From positions 544,001 through 608,000 of the forward strand of contig CAWEMM010000009.1 of NCBI GenBank assembly GCA_963810095.1: a stretch of DNA of 64,000 nucleotides, written 5' to 3'. A program made the translations under genes and the position numbers. The notes below the pieces were generated by a model. The model was not told where the DNA came from and made no database searches. It saw nothing but the letters and a program-made list of their open reading frames with translations. Below, in pieces: positions 1 through 10,672 of this stretch. The stretch's first letter is position 1. Every line of letters starts with the position of its first letter. The stretch is from an uncultured Chloroflexia bacterium (GTDB taxonomy: Bacteria; Chloroflexota; Anaerolineae; CG2-30-64-16).

Positions 1-1
1 T

Positions 2-64
2 CGCCTGTACTTCCTTCGCGGTCGCACCGGCAAGGCCGCACGCTTGAAGGAGCGGGCCGCGTAA
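2..64 (+). CDS. rplS: 50S ribosomal protein L19, 3' end (partial)
   Basis: Frame 2 reads RLYFLRGRTGKAARLKERAA*, the L19 C-terminal signature; canonical rplS-rnhB-yraN order. Confidence 0.93.
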   Translation, partial: RLYFLRGRTGKAARLKERAA

Positions 65-102
65 CTTCCCGGCTCCCCCGGGCAAGTGCAAGTTGTTCCT
101 GG

Positions 103-136
103 AGGCGCAGGGGTGGTATCATCCCTGCGCCTTTTT
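103..136 (+). terminator. Rho-independent terminator after rplS
   Basis: AGGCGCAGGG...CCCTGCGCCT stem followed by a T-run. Confidence 0.75.
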
Positions 137-155
137 GGGTTAACGAAGAAGGCTA

Positions 156-232
156 ACCACCAGGAACTAAAGACAATAAGGATCACGAGGTCAGATGTGA
201 AGCCTTCGTGCCCCTTCGTGTTCTTTGGTTCT
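156..232. repeat. Family B imperfect palindromic intergenic repeat
   Basis: Purine-rich arm (ACTAAAGACAATAAGGATCACGAGG) facing CTTCGTGCCCCTTCGTGTTCTTTGG; resembles 63074-63142. Confidence 0.55.
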
Positions 233-252
233 TCCTGTTACAGAGTGGGTCG

Positions 253-912
253 ATGACAATGCGCGAGCGTGCGGGGTTAGCGTACGAGGTGGAGCTGTGG
301 GCCGCGGGGCTGCGAGCCGTTGCCGGGGTCGACGAGGTCGGCCGCGGCGCGCTCGCCGGACCCGTGGTCGCCGCAGCCGTCATCTTGCCCCCTGATCCGG
401 CTACCTTGGCGCCGCTGCTCGGCCGGGTGGATGATTCCAAGCAGCTCAGTGCGCGCCAGCGTGCGGCCGTGCTCGACGACATCCTGGGCCTGGCGCTGGC
501 AGTCGGCGTTGGCCGCTGTGAGGCATGCGACATCGACGCGTGGGGCATCGCACCCGCCACCCGGCAGGCCATGCGGCTGGCACTGGCGTCCCTCTCCTGC
601 CCGCCCGACTATGTCCTGCTCGACTTCCTGACCCTGCCCGACCTCGACTGCCGGCAGCGCGGCATCCCCCACGGCGACGCGCTCTCGCTCTCCATCGCGG
701 CCGCCTCCATCGTCGCCAAGGTGACGCGCGACGGCTGGATGTGCGAGCAGGATGCGGCGTTCCCCGGCTATGGCTTCAGCCAGCACAAGGGCTACGCAAC
801 CCTGTTTCATCGCGAAGCCATTGGGCGGCTGGGCGCGTGCGGGTTGCACCGGATGAGCTTTGCGCCGCTGTCTGGTGAAGACACGCTGTTCGACGAAGAG
901 GCGTTGGAGTGA
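253..912 (+). CDS. rnhB: Ribonuclease HII
   Basis: AGVDEVGRGALAGPVVAAAV, DSK, SIAAASIVAKVTRD and HKGY motifs; start at ATG 253 or 259. Confidence 0.95.
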   Translation: MTMRERAGLAYEVELWAAGLRAVAGVDEVGRGALAGPVVAAAVILPPDPATLAPLLGRVDDSKQLSARQRAAVLDDILGLALAVGVGRCEACDIDAWGIAPATRQAMRLALASLSCPPDYVLLDFLTLPDLDCRQRGIPHGDALSLSIAAASIVAKVTRDGWMCEQDAAFPGYGFSQHKGYATLFHREAIGRLGACGLHRMSFAPLSGEDTLFDEEALE

Positions 913-1292
913 CGAGCCCCCGCAAGAACCTGGGCATGCTCGGCGAGTCGATAGCATGCGATCACCTCACGCACGAGGGCTGGCACGTGATTGCCCGCAA
1001 TTGGCGCACGCGGCGGGGCGAGATCGACATCGTGGCGCGTGACGGCGACTGGCTCGTCTTTGTCGAGGTCCGCACACGTCGGGCCAGCGCGAACGGCGGC
1101 GATCCGCATCTGGGCCGGCCCGAGGAGTCCGTCACTCCCCGCAAGCAGCTGCAACTCGCGCAGATGGCTGAGAGTTACCTGTACAGTATGCCCTGGAGCG
1201 GAGGCTGGCGCATCGACGTGATCGCGCTGGAAATCACTGCTGCAGGCGAGGTGGCCCGGCTGGCCCACTACCGGGACGCGGTGGGCGCCTGA
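909..1292 (+). CDS. yraN: YraN family (UPF0102) endonuclease
   Basis: LGxxGE, RNWRxxxGEIDIVA, LVFVEVRTR, RIDVI; overlaps the rnhB stop. Confidence 0.93.
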   Translation: MTSPRKNLGMLGESIACDHLTHEGWHVIARNWRTRRGEIDIVARDGDWLVFVEVRTRRASANGGDPHLGRPEESVTPRKQLQLAQMAESYLYSMPWSGGWRIDVIALEITAAGEVARLAHYRDAVGA

Positions 1293-1293
1293 C

Positions 1294-2244
1294 GTGGACA
1301 GGACCATGGTGCGATTGCTCGTCATCGTCGGGCCGACTGCTGTTGGTAAGACCGGCCTCAGCCTGGAGCTCGCCGAGGCGCTGACCCTGGCGACCGGCCA
1401 GGGAGGCGAGATTGTATCGGCAGACTCCCGGCAGATCTACACCGGTATGGACATCGGCACGGCCAAGGCCACGCCCGAGGAGCGCGCCCGCGCGCCACAT
1501 CACCTGATCGACCTTGTGCAACCCGACCGGGTGCTCACCCTGGCCGAGTACCAGAACCTCGCTTACCGGACCATCGAGGACATCGCCACTCGCGGCCACT
1601 TGCCGATCCTGGTCGGCGGGACAGGGCAGTACGTCGCGGCGATATTGGAGGGGTGGCGCATCCCCGAGGTGCCGCCCCAACCCGAGATACGAGCGGCGTT
1701 GGAGGCCCAGGCTGCCGCCGAAGGCAGCCTGGCACTTCACGCCCGGCTCGCAGCCTTCGACCCGGTTGCCGCGTCGCGCATCGACCACCGCAATGTCCGC
1801 CGGGTCATCCGCGCGCTGGAGGTGTCCTTGGCCACCGGGCGGCCCATCAGCGAACTGCAGCAGAAACAGCCGCCGCCCTACGAGGTCTTCCAGGTCGGCG
1901 TCACTCGCTCCCGTCCAATCCTGTACGAGCGCATCGACCGCCGGGTAGACGCGATGGTCGCCGCTGGGCTCGTCGACGAGGTTGCCGCGCTGGTTGCCCA
2001 GGGTTACGGGTTCGACCTGCCGTCCATGACGGGGTTAGGCTATCGCCAGATCGGGCAGTACCTGGCGGGCGAGGTTACGCTCGACGAGGCCGTTGCCCAG
2101 GTCAAAAAAGGCACCCGGCGTTTCGTCCAGCAGCAGTACAACTGGTTCCGCGTCGACGACCCGCGGATTCGCTGGCTCGACCCCGACGACATTCACCCCT
2201 CCCGATTCATTCGAGATATACTCACGAAAATCGCAAGCCGCTAA
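1294..2244 (+). CDS. miaA: tRNA dimethylallyltransferase
   Basis: GPTAVGKT, SADSRQIYTGMDIGTAK, VGGTGQY, RRVIRALEV; start may be 1306. Confidence 0.96.
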   Translation: MDRTMVRLLVIVGPTAVGKTGLSLELAEALTLATGQGGEIVSADSRQIYTGMDIGTAKATPEERARAPHHLIDLVQPDRVLTLAEYQNLAYRTIEDIATRGHLPILVGGTGQYVAAILEGWRIPEVPPQPEIRAALEAQAAAEGSLALHARLAAFDPVAASRIDHRNVRRVIRALEVSLATGRPISELQQKQPPPYEVFQVGVTRSRPILYERIDRRVDAMVAAGLVDEVAALVAQGYGFDLPSMTGLGYRQIGQYLAGEVTLDEAVAQVKKGTRRFVQQQYNWFRVDDPRIRWLDPDDIHPSRFIRDILTKIASR

Positions 2245-2468
2245 CGTCCCCGATCGCCGCTCGTTCTGCCCCTTTTCGGATTTGACACAATATGCATGGC
2301 ATGGTGTACACTGTCATTTGACGTAGAGACCTCCTACTTCTGACTCATCAGGCCCCGGCGTCCAGGCAGCCAACCGGCTGCACTAATCCCATCAATGACC
2401 TCGCTTTCGGACCACTGCCGGCCCCTTCGCGACGATGCGCGTTTGGTCATTATTTCCGGAGTTGTCTC

Positions 2469-3113
2469 TTGGATAATTTCTTCATTTACAAGGGTCGAGG
2501 CCTCACCTCGGCAACCGAGGTGCGCTGGGCCGCATTTTTTGACGCACTGAACATCGAGTGGGAGTACGGCTCGGCCGGGCTCGGTCTCGAGAAGGCCGGC
2601 TGGTGCGGCGGTATCTTCCGCTTGCCCAAGGTCCGCGCATGGATTGAGGCGCGGCCTTGGCCGCAAGGGCTCAACCCCGGCGAGTTCTGGCCGCGCCACC
2701 TGGCGTGGGCGCAAGACGCCTACTGTCGCCCGCTCTTCCCCGAGTTCTACCGGTTGGTCGTGATCTGCGGCGCGCCGCGCGTTCTCCAGTCGACCCGACC
2801 CGTACGGTATGAGGTCGAGAAGACCTTTGGGCCCTTCGCATCGAGCACGTTCGGGTATGAAGCGTTCGTCAATGAACGCCCCGGCTTCATGTGGTGCGAG
2901 TGTCCCCGTTGCGGAGCTGTCGGCATTGAGACCGGCGGCCGGGTAGACCTGCTGTGCGAATGCTACGCCGAGCGACGCGAGATAGTGCGCAACCCCATGT
3001 CCGAGCGCCTGATGCAGGCCTACCAGGTGGCCGACGAGACGCCCATCGTGCGCGGTCCGGCCGTGGCCGGCTGGGGCCCCGACGACGTGCCGATCCAACG
3101 CTGGCGCAACTAA
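2469..3113 (+). CDS. Hypothetical protein, PD-(D/E)XK-like with Cys cluster; catalytic residues appear degenerate
   Basis: SxxExRWAAFFDALNIEWEY resembles the phage-type 'RSRLEARWAxFFDxLxIxWEYE' nucleases; CECPRC...CEC near the C-terminus; start uncertain. Confidence 0.55.
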   Translation: MDNFFIYKGRGLTSATEVRWAAFFDALNIEWEYGSAGLGLEKAGWCGGIFRLPKVRAWIEARPWPQGLNPGEFWPRHLAWAQDAYCRPLFPEFYRLVVICGAPRVLQSTRPVRYEVEKTFGPFASSTFGYEAFVNERPGFMWCECPRCGAVGIETGGRVDLLCECYAERREIVRNPMSERLMQAYQVADETPIVRGPAVAGWGPDDVPIQRWRN

Positions 3114-3265
3114 CCGCGTGCCATAAGCGCGGCGGGCCCCTACGGGCACGCGCACCGCACGCTACCCCGCAAACACCCAGGACCGCGGGCTCACGAAAGT
3201 CTTCCTGAGCCTGCGGTTCTGCCCGTCCTCGTGGTGAAGCCCTTCACACCCCCGTCATTCGTGCC

Positions 3266-3295
3266 TTGACAACTTCCGGGCGGCAGGATCATAAT
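3266..3295 (+). promoter_or_regulatory. sigma70-type promoter of mscL
   Basis: TTGACA (3266)-18 bp-CATAAT (3290). Confidence 0.6.
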
Positions 3296-3345
3296 ACCCG
3301 CGCCGGTGGCTTCGTCCGGCGCCGATCTGACAACCGGAGGCATGG

Positions 3346-3729
3346 ATGTTCCAAGAGTTCAAGAAGTTCATCATGCGCGGCAACGTCATCGATTTGGCTG
3401 TTGCCGTTGTCCTCGGCGGTGCGTTTGGCGCCGTCGTCACCTCGTTCACAAACGACATCCTCATGCCCCTCATCGGGATTCTGCTCGGCGGGGTCGATTT
3501 TGCGAGCCTGTCGGTCACCGTCGGCAGCGCCGTCGTCGCGTATGGCAAGTTCATCCAGGCGATCATCAACTTCATCATCATTGCCTTTGCACTGTTCCTG
3601 ATCGTCAAGGGGATGAACAAGATGATGGACGCTCGCAAGAAGCAGGAAGTGGCCGCTCCCGCGGCGCCACCGGAAGACGTTGTGCTGCTTCGCGAAATCC
3701 GTGATCTGCTCAAGCGGGAACGCCCGTAG
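3346..3729 (+). CDS. mscL: Large-conductance mechanosensitive channel
   Basis: EFKKFIMRGNVIDLAVAVVLGGAF, YGKFIQAIINF, LLREIRDLL. Confidence 0.97.
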   Translation: MFQEFKKFIMRGNVIDLAVAVVLGGAFGAVVTSFTNDILMPLIGILLGGVDFASLSVTVGSAVVAYGKFIQAIINFIIIAFALFLIVKGMNKMMDARKKQEVAAPAAPPEDVVLLREIRDLLKRERP

Positions 3730-3902
3730 AACGATCTGACCGGTCGCAAACGACGCAGCCGGGGTAGATCAGCAGGAGGGTCCACCAGGGACCCAGCTGA
3801 TTCGCCCCGGCTGCGCTGGTTCAAGAGCTATCCCTCCGGCTGCATTTCTCATTACGTGTATTTGACAAGCGTGGTACAATTGGCGCGAACGAGGGGGACG
3901 CC

Positions 3903-6900
3903 GTGCTCGAGGAACTCCTGGGTAGGCTTCTTGCGCCAGAACTGCTTGAATCACTTTTTGAACCGGCCGTGCTCGACAGGGATTTTGCGCGGCAAGAACT
4001 GGACGAGCGCGCCGCAGCGCTGGCGCGCCTCTCTGCACAGCTTGCGAGTGCTGTCTGGCGGTGCGACGCAGTGGCAGGCGCGGTCACTTCAGCGACGAGC
4101 GACCGGCTGCTGCTGCGCATGAGCTGCCAGAAGTACATCGATTTTCACGGCGGCCGGTGCGATCTGGATAACGAGTATCGCCCTCTGCTCCCTGCGGGCG
4201 CCGTACCCTCACTCGACGACATTAATACCGCCCTCGCCTTCATCGCGGCGGCTCGCCCCGCCGGTTCGCCCGAACTGTGGTTCGCCGCCCTCCAGGATGA
4301 GGCGAACGCCTACCTGCACCAACTGCGCGGCGACGCGTACCTGAGTGCGGCGCTCAAGCGGCTGGACGAACTCGACGCGGCGCTCATCGCCCTGCTCGAC
4401 GCTGCCAATCCCTTCGCCCCCCACAATTTCTTCGTACACGCGGCGGCAATCGCCCTCTTCCGCGAGCTGCGTCTGCCCTGGCGCGTCGAGGCCGCATACC
4501 GGCGCCTCCTGGCGTCGTATCCCGGCGACCTGTTCGAAGGTTGGCGGACGCGCTTCGAAGGCGATCCCGAGTACCAGGATCCCGACCTGCTCAATGCGTA
4601 CTACAGCCTCGTCCTCAACGTGCTGGATGCGCTTTGCCTGCGCAACCCGAGCGATCGCAGCGAGATCGAGCGTTTGAGCGCAGAGGCGCCGCCCCCGGAT
4701 TTTGCTCCCGCACTTGGCCTGTACGAGCGGGATGTCGTCGCCTTGCCTGACCTTGCACCGGCAGTGTTCGCAGCCGCGGCCGGCGCGCTGCACCGCCTGA
4801 TTGAAGTGCTTAAGCCGGGCGGGCCGCGCGTTCGCCGTCCTTCTGCGGTGTTGGCCGCGTGGGAGGGCTTCGCCCGCCGCGGGCTCGGCGACTTTCAGGG
4901 GCTCGCCCGGGGGTTGAGCGGGATCAAGCCGGACGACGAGGCGCTCGGCATCGTCATGCAGGCACTGCGCGGGGAAGCTTACTACCACATGGGCCGGTAT
5001 GAGGATGCCTATCTGGACCTCCTCGACGCCGAGGACGCGGCCCCGGGCGGCTCTTGCCAGGGCTAACGGGCCCGACGACAGCGGGGCCACGTGGAATGAG
5101 GCCGAACGCGATGGCGTGGCCCGGCTGGCCCAGAAGGCGGGCAACGCGCTGGCGGCCATCGGCGACGAGGGGCGTGCGGGGGCAGCCTACGACCGGGCGG
5201 CGAAACTGGCGAGCGGCCCGCTGGCCCACGCCGGCAACCTATTGAACCAGGGCAACCGGTACTTCCTTCGCAACAGCGCGACCAGCTCGCAAGGGTATAT
5301 CACGTTGGACGCGGAGGCGCGCCAGGAGTTCGCGCTGCGCGGGGGCCGGCAGTTGATCGCGTCCGTCGTCGGTCAGCACGTGCTGTGCCTGGTGAACGCC
5401 GAGGCGGCCTATCAGGCGGCGTTGGATGCGGCCGGCGAAGCGGAGGCCGCTCCCGGCGCCGGAATCGTGGCCGCAACCGCGCTGATTGACCTCGGTAATG
5501 TCTGCTGGGCGTGGGGCCAGACGCTGACCACAGAGGGGGAGCGCGAGCTGGGGCGCCTGCCTCTTGGCCCTGACTTCCAATCCAGGCTGGTTTCAGCCGG
5601 CTCGGGCGCCCAGGCATGTTACGAGGCTGCCGTAGCACAATATCTGGCCGGGCTGGCGCGCCTCGGCGCAGGCCAGGCTGGCGCGGCCGGTACGCCGGAG
5701 GTCCCGCGTGAGCGTCTGCCCCTGGTCATCAGCCGCGCTGTCAAGCCTGAGCGAGATGCGCTACCTGGTCGCCCGCGAGATGGTGGGTGAGGACCGGGCC
5801 TGCCCGCCGCCCGCGGCCGGTTCACCCGCGTTCGTGAACCTCGCTGCGGGGCTGGCAGAGGCTGGGCGCTGCCTGGAATTGGCCAGCAAGGAGGCGGCGC
5901 TCTATCCTGACCTGGTCTGGCGCACCCACTACAACATGGCGCGGATGTACCGGCTGCTTGGGAAGACAGGCCGGGCGGCGGTCCATTTCCGGCACGCGAT
6001 CCGGCAGGTCGAGCGCCTACGGGCCGAGCTGCGGCTGGACGCGTTCCAGTCGGCCTTTCTGCACGACAAGGCGGACGTGTACGAAGGGTATATCGATCTC
6101 TTGCTCGAACAGGGGGCCGAGCAAAACGCGCCGGCGATCTTTGCGCTCTTCGAGCGCAGCCGGGCGCGCGCGTTCCTGACGCTCTTACAGGCGGCGCAGG
6201 TGAAAACGAGGCTCCCGGCCCGCCTGAAGTCGGACGTGGAAGCGCTGCTAGCGGAGGTCTCTGCCTGCAACGAAGCCATCCAGGGCGCAGTCGCGGGCGA
6301 CGACCGCGACAAAACCGAAGGCTTACTTGCGCAGCAGCGCGAGCTCGGGCGGCGATGGTCGGATATGCAGTCGCGGATCGCGCGCTGCCAGCGGCGGACT
6401 GGGAGGGCGCCACGGCAGACGCCGCTCGCCGGCTTCCAGGCCGCGTTGGGGGAAGATCAGGGCTACCTGGGCCTCTTGATGGGTCAAGAGGCATCGTTCC
6501 TGCTGCTGATCGACCGGACAGTGCGCCCGAGTGTTCCGGCTGCCTCCGCGGCGGACGCTCGAGCTGTTGGCTCTGCCCGTGTTAGCGTACGCGACCTGGA
6601 GTAATGCGGAGACGGGCGCGGCCTTCCGTGCCGCCAACGCTGCCCTGACCGGCGCACTGCTCGGGCCGGCTGACCGGGAGGTCGGGCTCAAAGCATGGCT
6701 GCAGGGCAAGCACCTCATGGTGTCGCCCGACGGCATTCTGTGCTACCTGCCCTTCGAGACGCTCTTGGCGGACACTGCCGGGCTTGCAGCCCTGCCCGAC
6801 ACGGCCGATTATCCTGACTTTGCGCCGTACTACCTGCTCAGCCTGGCCGACGTTTCGTATGTCCCGTCTGCGAGCGCATGGATTGAGTTGGGGCAGCGGA

Positions 6901-7673
6901 AGCGCGAGCCCAGCCGGGCCGGTCTGATGGCAGTCTACAACGTCCTCTATGACACGCCCGAGCCCCCGCAATGGGCCGTTGCCGAGAACATCATGCTGAA
7001 GTTGGGCGCGGTGACCAGCGGCCCGGATATGAAGCGCTTGACCGACGCAGTGACGAAAGCCTGGGGCGAGAACACGGCGATCGTCCGGCTCCGCAGCCGC
7101 ACCGACGACGGCGGCGAGGAAGTGGCCGCGAATCAGTCGACGGAACGCAACTTCCTGCGGGTGGCCCCGGATGCGCATGCCCGGGTGCTGCTGTTCCACG
7201 GCCACGGAATCTACAACGACCGCTATCCCAGCCTCTCTGGACTGGTGTTCAACCTGGCTGCTCCGCCCGGCGAGGACAAGCGCGCGGCCATCCCCACGAG
7301 CGAGGACGGATTTCTCCGGGTCGAGGAGTTGTTCCAGCTCGAGCTGCCAGGGGTCGAGATGACCTTTCTCGCGGCCTGCCAGACAGCGCTGGGCGGGTAT
7401 CGCCGCGGGGAAGGGCTCAACGCGCTGGTCCGGGCCTTCCTCCACCGCGGCAGCCCCGCGGTGAGTGCGACCCTCTGGGAGGTGCGGGCCGACATGACTG
7501 CATTCATCCTGCGGGTGTTCTTCCGGCTGCTCGCCGAGCAGCCCGCCGCCGACCGCGCCCGCCTGTTCGCACAGGCCAAGCGGAAAGCCATGCCGTACGT
7601 CGCAAACCTGTACCTGCCGTACTTCTGGGCGCCCTATGTCCTTTGGGGATATACCGCGCCCGCCACCGAATAG
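3903..7673 (+). CDS. Large helical/TPR protein with C-terminal CHAT protease domain (four ORF pieces; shifts near 5060, 5735, 6525)
   Basis: TPR-like helices; AIRQVERLRAEL..FLHDKADVYE and FERSRARAFL typical of the pre-CHAT region; VSPDGILCYLPFETL, FHGHG, DGFLRVEEL, LAACQTALG, GEGL, ATLWEV, YFWAPYVLWG. Confidence 0.85.
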
Positions 7674-7687
7674 GGAAGGAGTTGCTT

Positions 7688-8499
7688 GTGAGCACGCCCA
7701 GCCGCATTGTCATGCTTTCCGTTGGCATTGGCCGCTACCAGAATCCGAGGATCAACCCGCTTTCCCTCACCCGCGGCGATGCGATTTCCATGTCGCAGGT
7801 GTTTTCCGGCCTGGGGTCGCCTGACCCGGTGGTCAAGTTGCTGCTCGACGAAGAAGCCACAAAGGAGGGGGTCAGGGCAGGCGTGGATTGGCTGGCGAAC
7901 ACGGTGGGGCCCGACGACGTGGCAATCTGGTACTACTCCGGGCACGGCGCGCGTACGCGGACCCCAACAGCGACGAGCCGAACGCCTTCGACGAGTTCCT
8001 CTGCCCCTACGACACATTTGCACAGCAGCAGGACCTCGCGACCCTGTTGCGCGACAAGGAGATCAAGGAGTGGCTCAAGACGATCACGAGCCGGACGAAG
8101 AACATGGTGGCGATCTTCGACTCCTGTCATAGCGGCGATGCCGTCCAGCTTGGCGAGGCAACCCCGAAAGAGCTCGAGCGGAGCCTGGTGGAGGAGATGC
8201 TCGACGGGATCACGCTTGGCACCCAGCCGGCCGGCATGGTCTCCGCGAAGGGACCGCTGGAGGGTCACATGCTTCTCGCGGCCGCTCAGCCCCACCAGCG
8301 CTCGTATGAGGTGCGAGGCATGCAAAACGGCCTGTTCACCACGTACGTTCTCAAGGCGCTGGCCAACCCCGGCATTACGACCTTCTACGGGCTGTTCAAG
8401 GCGGCAGCCGACGGCGTGATCGCGGACGCGGCGAGGTACCGCCTGCAGCAGACACCCCAGCTGATGCAGCGCGCGCAGGGCGACCTCGCTTTTCGCTGA
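7688..8499 (+). CDS. Caspase family peptidase C14 (metacaspase-like), frameshift near 7950
   Basis: GGAAGGAG RBS then GTG 7688; LSVGIGRY, YYSGHG (His), DEFLCPYD, IFDSCHSG (Cys), LLAAA..SYE..NGLFT, QTPQL. Confidence 0.88.
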
Positions 8500-8611
8500 C
8501 GGAGTTCACGACAAAGGCGCGGAGACACTAACTGGGATTCCATCCCGAAGGTGGCCCCGTCATACTCGTGTCTTTGTGCCTTTGTGTCAAGAGTAGTTCG
8601 GGAGCACGAAG

Positions 8612-9979
8612 ATGACCCGTTGGACGGTGATGGTCTATATGGCGGGCGACACCGGCGCGACCTTCGAAGGCGCGCGGGGAGACGTGCAGCTGTTTGGGAA
8701 TCTCTCCGGCCCGCTGAAGGCCGACCTGCAGAAGCTGGCCGCGGCCGGCTCGACCGACCAGGTGAGCGTGTGCGCGCAGTACGATTCGTTCGGCAGCCAG
8801 ACGGCCTACCGCTGGGTGGCGCCTCCAGCCGGCGCGCCGAATCCGCCCGAACCGGAGCCGATCGGCGAAGTCAACACCGGCGAGCCCGGCAGCCTGACCG
8901 ACTTCATCGCCTGGGCGGGCCGGCGCAGTCCGGCCGATCGCTACGCCCTCGTCATCTGGGGTCACGGCAGCGGCTGGAGCGAAGACCAGGTCTACGCCCG
9001 TTTTCCCGCGGCCCAGGCGGCGACGCGCGATGCACCCGCCAGCCGCAGGCGGCTGCTCGAGCGCGGCATCTTCGCCAGCAGCGCCGGCAAGATCATGAAG
9101 ATCAAAGACGATCACGTGCGCGGGCTGTGCTACGACGATTCCTCGCGGGACTTCTTGGACAATCGCGACCTGCAGAAGGCGCTGGCCGACGGTGCCAGGG
9201 AGTTGGGTCGCGCACAAATCGACGTGCTGGGACTGGATGCGTGCCTCATGTGCATGGTCGAGGTAGCGCACCAGGTGCGCGGCGAGGTGAGCGTACTGGC
9301 CGGCTCGGAGACGGTGCTGCCGACGGCGCTCTGGCCGTGGGAGGCGCTGCTGGGCGCACTGCAGGCCCAGCCCGACATGCCGCCCGCGGACTTGGTGTTG
9401 CGCATGGTGGGGCTGCTACCGCAAGACCAGTCTGGCACGCGCGCACTGCCGGATGTCTGCCAGGCCGCGCTTGACCTGGGCTGCGCAGAGGCCGCAACCA
9501 GCGCGGTGGATGCGTGGAGCCGCAGTCTGCTGGAGCTGCAGGACGACACCCGCGTGAAGCAGGCCCTGCGGGCGGCCGTCTCCGATCCAACCTCGAAGGT
9601 ACTGCGGATGCAGATCGCCGGCCAGGGCGCCACGGACTACGTGGACCTGTACGACTTGGTGCGGCGCTTCGTGAAGGGCTGGGAGGGACAATCGGACCTG
9701 GGGCAGTACCTGGACGGACCGGACGGAAGTGGGCGGAGCGCCGGGCTGCGGCGGGCCACGAAGGGCCTGCTCGCCGCGCTGACGCCCGGCAAGCCAGGTA
9801 GCCTGGTCCTCGGGACAAAAATCGAGGGGTTCCGGGCACGTGCGCCGGGCGGGGTCTCGATCTACCTGCCCGAGCTTAATGCACCGCTCCGGCGAAACCG
9901 GGCGATCTCGCCGGAGTACGCTAACCTCGACTTTGCCGCAACGGCCTGGAAGGACGTTATCACCCTCGCCACGAGTTAG
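8612..9979 (+). CDS. Clostripain-related cysteine peptidase (C11), no signal peptide
   Basis: WTVMVYMAGD, EVNTGEPGSLTDFIAW, YALVIWGHGSGW (His), DVLGLDACLM (Cys), YVDLYD, GVSIYLP. Confidence 0.92.
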   Translation: MTRWTVMVYMAGDTGATFEGARGDVQLFGNLSGPLKADLQKLAAAGSTDQVSVCAQYDSFGSQTAYRWVAPPAGAPNPPEPEPIGEVNTGEPGSLTDFIAWAGRRSPADRYALVIWGHGSGWSEDQVYARFPAAQAATRDAPASRRRLLERGIFASSAGKIMKIKDDHVRGLCYDDSSRDFLDNRDLQKALADGARELGRAQIDVLGLDACLMCMVEVAHQVRGEVSVLAGSETVLPTALWPWEALLGALQAQPDMPPADLVLRMVGLLPQDQSGTRALPDVCQAALDLGCAEAATSAVDAWSRSLLELQDDTRVKQALRAAVSDPTSKVLRMQIAGQGATDYVDLYDLVRRFVKGWEGQSDLGQYLDGPDGSGRSAGLRRATKGLLAALTPGKPGSLVLGTKIEGFRARAPGGVSIYLPELNAPLRRNRAISPEYANLDFAATAWKDVITLATS

Positions 9980-10009
9980 CAGGGGCCCACGAGCGGGAGC
10001 AGGCGGCTA

Positions 10010-10672
10010 TCAAGCACGGAGTCGTGCTGAATCCAGGTCCAACTCCTCGAGAGAGTTGAGCACGACGTCGGCGAGCGCGAGGGCTGCGGGCCGGGGCGGA
10101 AAGCGCGGGTCGGGGATCGCAATGACCTTCATGCCCGCGGCCTTGCCAGACTGGATGCCCGCTCCGGAATCCTCGAGGCATACGCAGGCAGCGGGCTCGA
10201 CCCCCAACTGCCGTGCACATTCGAGGTACACGTCGGGCGCGGGCTTGCCCGCGGGCATGTCGTCGGTGCAGACGGCCGCCTTGAACTTACCCCGCATGGG
10301 CTCGTCCGCAAGGACGATGGCGATGAGGCTCTTCTCCGAGCCGGATGCGAGCCCCACGGGGTAGCGCGCCGCGGCGGCCTCAACCGCACTGATCGCACCG
10401 GGCTTGTAGGGGATGCCAACACTGTAGATCGAGCGCATCCGGCCGACGATGCGCTCGATCACCTCCTCGGTCGTCAGGTCCAGGCCCAGACGGTGGAGAA
10501 CGTACTCGGCCCAAGTCTGCGTGCTCACCCCCATGCACGCTCGGTGGTCCTCTGGTCCCCAATCCACGCCCCGCTCGGCCGCCCAGGCTTTGCGGGCCGC
10601 GTCCCAACAGGGCTCCGAGTCCACGAGCAAGCCGTCCATGTCGAAGATCACCGCCTGGAGCACCGGCCTCAT
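10010..10672 (-). CDS. HAD-IA family phosphatase
   Basis: AVIFDMDGLLVDSE, GKPAPDVY, LEDSGAGI; ATG 10672 overlaps the araD stop. Confidence 0.9.
   Translation of the reverse strand: MRPVLQAVIFDMDGLLVDSEPCWDAARKAWAAERGVDWGPEDHRACMGVSTQTWAEYVLHRLGLDLTTEEVIERIVGRMRSIYSVGIPYKPGAISAVEAAAARYPVGLASGSEKSLIAIVLADEPMRGKFKAAVCTDDMPAGKPAPDVYLECARQLGVEPAACVCLEDSGAGIQSGKAAGMKVIAIPDPRFPPRPAALALADVVLNSLEELDLDSARLRA

Noticed and set aside
6971-8419. 482-aa ORF as a single protein
   Set aside because: Only about 7688-7950 is coding (caspase N-half). The rest overlaps CHAT or the caspase C-half out of frame.
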